NCBI RefSeq assembly: GCF_902459465.1
Contig: NC_047079.1
Span: 8,060,001-8,124,000, forward strand
Origin: Asterias rubens
Lineage: Eukaryota
Direction of reading: 5' to 3'
Length of the DNA: 64,000 nucleotides
Of the stretch, positions 1 to 8,882 are shown in pieces (within the stretch, counting starts at the first letter, position 1; the number at the start of each line of letters is the position of its first letter). Below the pieces are notes generated by a model that did no database searches, had not been told where the DNA came from, and saw only the letters and a list, made by a program, of their open reading frames with translations. Both the position numbers and the translations under genes were made by a program.

Positions 1-420
1 AAGCAGAAGAGGACCCTGCCAAATAAAATACAAATCTTAACATTTAAGCAAGTTTCTTCTCAAAAGATAAAATACATGATGGATGATTTAAGTTTGATTT
101 CACACTGATAAACAGTGCCGGATTTTTAACGGAATACACTGCTTGATTATCTCTTCTGCTTTTATATATTTTTCCCTGCAACTTTTAGAATTCCATGGGG
201 TATTGTGTTACTGCTATTAGTTATAAGGCTTTATCTGTAATGTTATGTGACAAATGATGATGCACTAAAATGAAACCAAGCTACTCTCCAATTTCAACTC
301 ACAAGTGGGATTTACTGATTGCTTTTCTTGAGAGTTGAGAGTAAGAAATGCTTAGTTTATTGGTGATGGAGATTGTTGAGCTGGAGCAAGGGTTTGATGA
401 TCTGCTCCAAGCGTTAGCTT

Positions 421-545
421 CGTGATCGTTGGCTACATGATCGTTGGCTCCATGATCGTTGGCTCCATGATCGTTGGCTCCATGATCGTTGGCTCCATGA
501 TCGTTGGCTACATGATCGTTGGCTCCATGATCGTTGGCTACATGA
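421..545. repeat. 15-bp tandem repeat (CATGATCGTTGGCTM), about 8 copies
   Basis: Unit read directly, period 15; reads (ANDHG/V)n in an open minus-strand frame. Confidence 0.95.
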
Positions 546-2405
546 TTGGCTTGTTGAACTGCTTTGTAAGCAATATTGGTGATTAACTGACTTGATAGTG
601 AGTCATATAGAGACGGCTGGAGATTGGAGCTTGTGAAGATTTGTGGCTTTCTTCACTGGTAAACAATATTGGCTTACTGCTTATGACTGGTGGATACCAG
701 CAATCTCAACATGGCTGAATTTGTCTAATTGCTCATCCCGGTGTCGTTGTAGACAAGTTTAGGGTTTGATTGGCAAGTAAAGGAGAGTAATTAAAAAGGT
801 ATGGAGCAACAACTAAATAAATTTTAATTATACTAAATAAAAATAATAACAATACTCCATCTTGAACAAGGATGGGGCTCAGCATTGTTGGCATCCACCC
901 CCTTTTAAAACTATTGTTAAAATTATAAAGAACTATTTAAAAGATGTTTAAAAAACGGTTAACCTGTTGGAGGAAGGTACAATGATGTTTTAAACTGCTG
1001 CACAATAAATGTAGCACTTACATAAATTGAATTTATTTTGTTGTAACTCATTCATCTAAACTACTGTCTTCAAAAGCATTTGCCTTTGTGATGCATCGCT
1101 GTAGCATTTATACTATTATAGGATAAGAGAACTGTTTCTTACTCTGATTCTACCTAAAAGCAAATGTCCTGGTCCTCACTTTAGATCCAATTGTATAGTA
1201 GTATATAGGGCCATCCTTGATGATTGGGAGTTATCATTATTAAAAAGGGTAGGTCCCTGATTGTTAAAGGATGATTGGACTTTGTTTACAGTTGGAAAAC
1301 CCCCCAAATCTTTATGATGCAGAGGTTTGAACTCCAAATAAAGCATTGTATAATTTGAAGCTTTGATGTTATGGTTCATGCAATTCTGGGTTTCTCCAGA
1401 AAAGTAGAATCGGGTTTTTTAAAGGAGATCTTTGGATCTGCTCTTTTTCTAAATTTAATTGTTAAGATTAATTTATTCAGAAGTTACAAAATTTCATTTG
1501 AGAGTTTATGTGGTATATGTATCCTTTTGGAAAAGAAATCAAAAAGAGCATTGTTTTGGTCGACTTGGCTTTATTCTTAATATAAGCACAATGATGTTTG
1601 TTATGCTAATCTAAGATTACTTGACCTATAACCCCTGACTTATGACCTGTGATATCATAAATCCCATTTTGATTAATATTCTTCATTACACTAGCAGGTC
1701 AATGCTCTTTTGATTCAATAAGAAGAAATTGAACACAAAGTTGCAATTCTAGCGGATTGTGTTAAGTGGCACTGGAAATGTTTTTAAAAATTAAAATCAG
1801 CAAAATTGTCTTTAAATCATGAAAAACATCACTTAAAAGTGCTGCACAAAATGTGGAAAGGGAAAAATGGATATATTTTATTTTATGAGTTTTATGCGGG
1901 TTGTTGTTTGCTGTAATTTCTTTTCTTTTTTCACTTTGCTATAAATCTTAAGTGTCATATTTCTGTTGAGTAATTCCTGTTAAATCTGTGACTTCTAAGG
2001 CTTGGGTGTCGAGGTATTTAACACTGCAACAGGGAAAAATGTTCCTTCAAATCGGTTTTTAAAAAAGCTACCAGAGTGACGGAAATGTCGACGTCAAATT
2101 TATAAGCTTTATTATATCAAATCACTTGTTAACAATCTGTAAAGACGCTGTTTACATCAAAACACAATTATAAATTGAGAAGAATGATATTGCTTCGAGT
2201 AATTTACTTGAATCTAAACAATAATAAATATGCAATTTCATTTTATGAGTATATGAGACAGACTTGATCAGTCATCTGCTGTGGACGATGGAGCCCGATA
2301 AAAGTATACATGTATTTCAATTTGAGAAGAAAAATATATATGAAATATTAAGCAATGTGTTGGACTGAATTTTTATTTGTTGTTGTATTAAAGACACATG
2401 TAGCA

Positions 2406-2433
2406 TGCCCTATATAGGGCAGGGGGTACCCCC
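2406..2433. promoter_or_regulatory. Back-to-back perfect palindromes containing a CArG box
   Basis: TGCCCTATATAGGGCA (2406-2421; CC-TATATA-GG = CC(A/T)6GG at 2409-2418) directly followed by GGGGGTACCCCC (2422-2433). Confidence 0.4.
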
Positions 2434-2564
2434 AAAGCGCACCCCACCACCTCCAATGTTCACCAGTAAAACACAATTTCCCTAGAGAGACCACCAACAA
2501 ATCCTGTAAAATCGAGTCAAGCCCACAATTAACACACACGAAAGGGGGGCGGTAGACGTCATTT

Positions 2565-2730
2565 CTGTTTTCCAGAAGACGATCAGAGCATACTGATCGA
2601 AACGTCGAGTTAAACCAACGGTTCTTTTCAGAACCACCCCAAACTCATTTAGAGATAATTACATGGTGTAACCGCAAACTCTTCTACATCTTATCTGCAC
2701 CATGCAAAGTTTCAAATCCTACAAAACAAA
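2565..2730 (+). mobile_element. Penelope-like element terminal fragment with degenerate minimal hammerhead motif
   Basis: CAGAAGA-C-[GATCAG agcata CTGATC]-GAAACGTC at 2573-2606 resembles the CUGANGA / stem II / GAAA / palindromic ACGU + GUC architecture of PLE hammerheads, with U4 changed to A. Extent beyond the core is approximate. Confidence 0.55.
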
Positions 2731-2853
2731 ATTATGTACTTTGAGCTGGTCATTAGCTTGCTGCCTCAAATAGACAAGGAACATTACATACATTTTTAAT
2801 TGGTTTTGCTGTTACAAAAATTGCTGCTATGTAATCCACCATAAACATTTACA

Positions 2854-2947
2854 TGACGTCATAACTGAGAAGGGAAATCCCCTTATAGATGGTAACAATT
2901 CTTGCGCAATGCCCTCATTCACGGGTTTTCCCACTGAGTTGTGACGT
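2854..2947 (+). promoter_or_regulatory. Candidate inducible promoter cluster: CRE, kB, C/EBP, kB-like, ATF half-site
   Basis: TGACGTCA 2854-2861; GGGAAATCCC 2872-2881; TTGCGCAAT 2902-2910; GGGTTTTCCC 2923-2932; TGACGT 2942-2947. Followed by a donor (ATAG|GTAAGT, 3064/3065) of a probable non-coding first exon. Confidence 0.6.
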
Positions 2948-3438
2948 AGCTATGAAGTGATTGTCAACTACATTAATTGGGTATATCGTTGGATCCTCGG
3001 ATGGACTTGGAATGACTACTACAAGAAACAAGTAAACCGACGAGACCACGACTTAACATTATAGGTAAGTTTACATGCCGAAAAACGGCTACGATTTACT
3101 GACCTTTTCATAGCAATGGTCAATTTACAGTTAGTCATAAATTTACTGAATTTATCCACATGGTTGATTGAGGATACGCGCTCAAATGACTAGAGATCCA
3201 AAACACTCTTGAGTTTAAAAAATATAGTCAAAACTATTTAAGTGGTAGTCTAGCTGGTGTGCAGGTGTCAAACTTGCTTGTACCACGTGATCCACTTACT
3301 TCTGATAACCATGGATCAGGAAAAGTAGAGCATTGTATTTTGCAACTTGTTCAGAATTTGGTCAAATGTGACTCGATGTTATGGTTAAGTTATGGTTTTG
3401 GCTTTGAGTTATTTTTGTCTTTTTTTGTATGGTTAGAG

Positions 3439-6390
3439 ATGGCAACCAATGTACAGACATCGCTTGGCAAGATTGAGGACAGCATTGAGTGCTCAATTTG
3501 CACCCATCGGTTCAGGGAGCCAAAGTGGCTCAATTGTTTTCATACTTTTTGTCTTCAATGTCTTCAAGAAATCTGCAAGAACCAGAGGCCACCAAGAAAC
3601 AACATTCCTTGTCCACTGTGCAGACAAGAAACCATCTTGAATGGAAATGTTTCTGATCTGCCAGATAATTTAGACATGAAGATTCTTGTGAACAATTTTA
3701 CACAGCAGGAAAATGTTTTAAAACAACAATTTGAGCAATTACAGGTTTTTTCTACACTAGTTGCCAAAGCCAGAAGAAGTAAGACTGAGTTTGAGCTGTC
3801 AGGGGAAAATATTGACAAGTCCCTTACGAAACTGGACAAAGTGTTTTTGGACACCAAAGAAAAGATCAGCAGAAAAGCTACCAAGGAGGTATCAAGGATC
3901 AGAGATGAGGAGCAAAAACTGATAAAGGAGGCAGAAACTATTCATAAAAGTAAAGTTGAGTTTTTAAAGAGTTTGCAAACCTCCGACAGAAGAGAAGCAT
4001 CACAGACAGCACGCAAACTAGATGAGGTCAACCACCTTATGGAAGGAGGATCCAATAATGGCAACAAGGGTCATGATTTCAAGAAGAGAATCTGCAAAGA
4101 TCTTGAGAAGGCAATAACGAAACATCCACAGTCTGTTCCTGATGGTTTGACCTTCATGGATCTTAAAGAAAATGATGTGATGATATCTCTTGGTGAACTA
4201 GTGCAGAATGATGCTGACCTGATCTTACTGGTAGTTATAATTCTTGTATTTATTGGGTAACTTGAAGAAACTAAGAATAGCAGACTGATCAATGTTTATG
4301 CTATACTCTGTCCCAGTACATTACAAAAGCCTGATGCTTACTCATTGGGAATAACATGAGTCTGTCATCATGAAATTGCAGTTACATTGAGAAAGTGCGC
4401 TTTGTATCGGACTGTTACAGACTTTTGGGCAGAACCTGTGATAAGTTAATGGATTCAAGACTGTACACATTTACAGTCACTTAAAAGACAAACTTGTGAT
4501 GAGGATTCAGATATTTGTCTTTGTTTGGTTTGTCTTGAATTTTGGGGACTTTAGTAACATATAGACAATTCAAAGACTCATAAATTGATTGTTTCAAGAA
4601 AGAAACCAGGGACTGGATTTTTTATCAAGTTTGTTTACCAAATTAATTGTATTATCGGTAAATGCTTATCATAAGGCTGACAGCACCAAGGGTTGGGGGA
4701 GTTGATGTCATTCCAAACCATCATGATATCCAGGGTCAATTTTGCAGAATTCCCCTAAGCTTACTGGTCCTACCATAAAACTGCAATCCCAAATGTTAGC
4801 ATTCTGGGTTTTACATGTAGTTGTTGTGAACTAATGAACATAATGTTTATGTTGTACACTTGTTTTACTTTCTAATCATGCATGGTTTGCAATAATTTTA
4901 CCATGAAACCATTAATGTTTTTGCCTGCAGGACAAGTGGACCAGACAAACATGTGCCAAGAATACAACCAGTGTACTAAAATATATATACAAAGAAGGTA
5001 AGAGTAAAAGTGGATTTACAAGACAAACAAACTCCATTGAGTGAAAATGGGATGCATTTGTTCCAATGTGAGATATGAGTATTCCTCAATCATAAATGAC
5101 AGCAATTCAAAATGGATTTGCTTTTACCCTTTTTAATATATTTTAATCAGTAATTGATTCAAATTACAAATAGAACTGGTTGGCTCAGCATCGTGGAGGT
5201 ATTAGCGCAGTTTGGATTTTATTAAATCGCTTTTGGGTATTTTTCAAGGATCTCCCGGTAAATGGGGTTTATTGATCAAAAGTGGTCTCCAAAGTAAATA
5301 ACAGTTATTTTCTGAATAAAACCATAATTTCTGGGTTTTGGTATTTTTTTTGGAAGATTTGTTGTAATAAGCATTTTGATTAATGACTTTAATATGATCA
5401 ATTGCAATTTACAACTTTGTAGCACTCAGCCGACAAACTGTCCATTTCACGCACAGTCACTCAGACATTAGTGTTTACATTAGTGTTTATCTGGTTACAG
5501 ATCAATGGAGCCCTCTAAATCCAGAAGGGAAGAGGGTTTATGATCGCGACTTTCTGCTACAGTTTCAAGGAAACTACTATGAGAGACCTAAAGGACTCCC
5601 GTATGTTCCAGGCATTACTCTTGAACAGGTAAATAAAGAAATGATCTTTATTTATAAAAACTGGTTTTATTTTTTTTTACAGTAAACATAACTTGTACTA
5701 CTGCACCGGCTGCAAAACTTGCTCGCTGTTGACAATTCAACATAGTTACTATGATTACTAATTAAATCTTTTTAATTAAAGTGAATGTACAATACAAGTA
5801 ATGTAATTTGTATTTCACATTATAAAGTTCATACTTTTTTCAAAGTAAACAATTTTCTTGAGAAAATTTTAAAGAGAAATTATGTCAATATTTTGACTCG
5901 AAGTAGGCACTACCTGTAAAAAAGTACATCCAGTCCCTTTTTGGACCACTCTTCTCAAATTCTGTATTGTTTATCAAACTGTTTATTTTTGATCTGGTAG
6001 CCCAATGACAACTTTCTCTCAACGGCTGCCATGATGGCACACCGCACACAACAAGTTCGAGTGCCAGCGTTTGGTCTACCGGTAAGTTAACCAGTTCATG
6101 TTAACCAAGTAGATTGCATTGGACGTGACTCATCCCCTTAGGCTATAGGTCCCAAGTGGTTATTTAAGATGAAATTAACCATTTTTAAGAGAAAGTGTGG
6201 CATTTCGACTCGAAGTAGGCAGTACCTAGCTGTTAAAAATGCCCATCCATTATGTTGACCACTCTTCTTATAATTGTTCTGTGTTGTTTATCAACATCTG
6301 TCAATCTGGTCGCTCAAGATGCACAATCCACCAAAGGCTGTCATGATGGTACAGTCCCCCATACAAGAACCTCGAGTACCAGTGTATCAG
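3439..6390 (+). CDS. Chimeric RING/coiled-coil (TRIM-like, no B-box) protein with eIF4G-derived eIF4E-binding module; 3' end unresolved
   Basis: Exons: 3439-4230 (ATG just after acceptor TTAG at 3436; C3HC4 RING CSIC...CFHTFCLQC...CPLC then heptad-rich region; donor CTG|GTAGTT, phase 0), 4931-4997, 5501-5628, 6001-6081, 6319-6390. All junctions are GT-AG and frame-consistent. The 4230-to-4931 join is the least certain. Confidence 0.7.
4931..5628 (+). CDS. Two exons homologous to the eIF4E-binding region of eIF4G
   Basis: 4931-4997 DKWTRQTCAKNTTSVLKYIYKE joined in phase 1 to 5501-5628 [43 protein letters not shown]. Matches recalled human eIF4G1 [29 protein letters not shown]...QKPEGLP; YDRDFLL fits YXXXXL-phi. 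Confidence 0.9.
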
Positions 6391-6395
6391 GTAAG
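5890..6395 (+). repeat. Diverged tandem duplication of an intron+exon unit (about 5890-6087 vs 6203-6395)
   Basis: Shared GACTCGAAGTAGGCA..., GACCACTCTTCT, GTTGTTTATCAA, GGCTG(C/T)CATGATGG(C/T)ACA, TCGAGT(G/A)CCAG(C/T)GT, each ending in a GTAAG donor. Confidence 0.85.
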
Positions 6396-6599
6396 AATTG
6401 TTACTTTCAAAAAGCAAGAAATTAATAATCCATCAAAGGAGTATTGGTGCTGAACTTGTCAACTTGGGGAGGGGGAGGTATACAGGGGCACTCCCCCCCA
6501 ATAGATGTCTATGTCCCCAAATTTTATGTAAGTAAACCACCATGGTCGGGCTGCAAGACTATATGCAGAGATTTCACACAGTGTGCTGAAAACCCAATG

Positions 6600-6680
6600 A
6601 CATTAATTAATCTTTGCGCCATCTATAGTTTTAATTTTCCCAGTGTGGGATAATAAAGTTCTTATCTTATCTTATCTTAA
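6600..6680 (+). mobile_element. 3' tail of a non-LTR retroelement (L2/CR1-like)
   Basis: ...CCCAGTGTGGGATAATAAAGTT followed by a (CTTAT)n microsatellite tail; 5' boundary not determined. Confidence 0.45.
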
Positions 6681-7075
6681 CTTATACTGTGGTTACTTTT
6701 AGGTAAATGTCTAGATCCTCCATCTCCAGTCAGCTCTTTCTTGTTTTAGATATCAATATTAACCACTCTAGTCAATTCTTTGTTCAACCCCCAAAATCTT
6801 TCTTGTTTTAGTCAACATTTCTAATCTTAACCCAGTAGATTGCATTGCAATCCAACTTTACCCCAACTCACGTGACTATTTACATTGTCTTTAAATTGAT
6901 CGGTGTGTTCTCTCTTTCCCTACTAAGGGTTTGCCTGATCCAAGGGACTATTATTTTCAAAGATATGAACAAACTCCAGCGCCTTTCACATACAACATTG
7001 TTCGAAGAGGCCCGCATCCTTCTACCTGTAATGATTATGAGAGTGATTAGCGACAGGTCTTTTTCTGTTTGGTAG

Positions 7076-7181
7076 AATCATTAAAGTTCTGACTCCACGT
7101 GGCGGGCGGATCGTGTTAGTTCACGATTTAGAAGGAAAACCACTCATTTTCGAGAGAGATATGAGTCATTATCTTCTACTG
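7076..7181 (+). other. Candidate orphan coding exon (IIKVLTPRGGRIVLVHDLEGKPLIFERDMSHYLLL)
   Basis: Acceptor TTTTTCTGTTTGGTAG| and donor CTG|GTAAGC bound a 106-nt stop-free frame (phase 2 in, phase 0 out); no matching partner exon found. Confidence 0.3.
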
Positions 7182-8398
7182 GTAAGCCTAAAGTGCCCAA
7201 TACATGGCAATGTGTCCTTTTTAAATACTTACATTGGGCTAGTTTACAAATACATTATATTATAAACAAGCAAGTTTTTAAATCATGAAGAAAGTCTCAT
7301 TTGCGAACGATGCTATTTAAAAAAAAAACTTTGAAACTAATTAGAAATCTTTTTATGTTCTATATCGGGAGTGTAATAATTGGCTTTATTAAGTATGTTT
7401 ATTGTAGCTTAATAAAATAATGATTAAACAAACTTTACTTGTTAAGAAGCACTGTAGCTGTTGATAATGTGTAACTTCTTGGGAAACGATTTCCTAATAA
7501 GGAATATGGTGTTTTAGAGAAAGGGATTCAAAAACATTGTTTTGAAATGTTCCACGCAGAGCCGTTTATCAGTTTTTGCGTTGGCATAACGGCTTCAGAT
7601 TTTTGTGATATTATATTGGTGACATTATATTAATTTTGTATACTTACATGCGCTTTTGTTTTTGATATACCTTTATATGTACTGATAATTTCTCATATTA
7701 TTGTATCATTTTCCAACAAGAATATGGAATAAACGTCTTATCTAATTGAATATCTTAACGCTACCAGTAACCTTCTGAAATGTTCACAGTATATTGTTAT
7801 TGCATATAAAAATACATCCATAGGATTAAAATAACCAACAGGTAAAAAAGCCAAAGGTATTTGCCTTTAATCTATCGTTGTATTATTTATAGCACAATGC
7901 TTGACGACCAACAAGAACTTGTTGGGTTGTGAGTTGAGAAATTTTAATTATACCCTGTCATTAAGACTGAAAACTCTTAATGACAGGTTCTACTTTTTTT
8001 TATAAAGCTGGTAACCAAATGTTGATGTGCAACATTATTTATTAAAAAGGGAAATAATGAGACAAGTTTATCTTTGTCAACTTTGTGGCATAATGATGAC
8101 TGTGTAGATATCTTGTTCTTATCTTTCCAGAATGAAAACAAAGTTCCCATGCTAATAATTATTTTGAGTAATTACCAATAGTGTCCACTACTGCCTTTAA
8201 CTGGAAGCAATCCATAAAAAGTGTTAAGGGGACGGCTATACTTGTAATTTAGACCAACTCGACTTTCTCAGACTGTGGTATCATGTGGTATTAAATGCAA
8301 CGTCAGCTGCTCCTAACAACTGATGAATATTGTTCATAAAACGTTGTCAATGAGTGTTTGCCAGATGGATGGAGGTTCGTATTGATGCCGGAACAAAC

Positions 8399-8529
8399 AG
8401 CAACACGTGACCAATAACCAGTCTTACTGCCGCAGTGCGGTAGAGCAATTTAACATGGGCCAAAAAGCAACACGTGACCAATAACCAATCTTAACGCCGC
8501 AGTGCGGTAGAGCAAGTTAACTTGGGCCA
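8399..8529 (+). promoter_or_regulatory. 67-bp direct duplication carrying E-box + CCAAT upstream of TMEM26
   Basis: Two copies (8399, 8466) of AGCAACACGTGACCAATAACCA...CCGCAGTGCGGTAGAGCAA...TGGGCCA, about 350-480 bp before the ATG. Confidence 0.6.
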
Positions 8530-8882
8530 TATTGTTCAAATTAATGTGGCTTTAGCTGATGGGCACCGACACGTCTAAGTCTGGCGTGTGCCTCTTAAAC
8601 CACTCTTTTGAGTCTTCTTTACGCAGTGTTTGATATATTTTGAAACTACGAGCCAATTTCCGGCAAGTGTGTGTATAAGCTTGGATGAAACATCACACCT
8701 GATAGCACCGTTGGGTTTCGTCGTTCAGCATTACTGAAATAAAGTACCTTTGAGATATTTTAATTTTAGTCATTCGAGGTGAATCCTACTAATTAATAAC
8801 CTTGACGAGTTACTTGACTAATACTACAAAAATCAATCGGAGAGCTACAATAATTAATGCTACGTCGATTTCGAGAGGCAGT

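Noticed and set aside
3259-3438. GTG-initiated N-terminal extension of the 333-aa ORF
   Set aside because: Lies in an intron (T-rich tract and AG at 3435-3436); the real start is ATG 3439, just before the RING.
4931-8800. A full-length eIF4G gene
   Set aside because: No MIF4G, MA3 or W2-like exons found before TMEM26, and no PABP-binding N-terminus upstream; only the 4E-binding exons are present.
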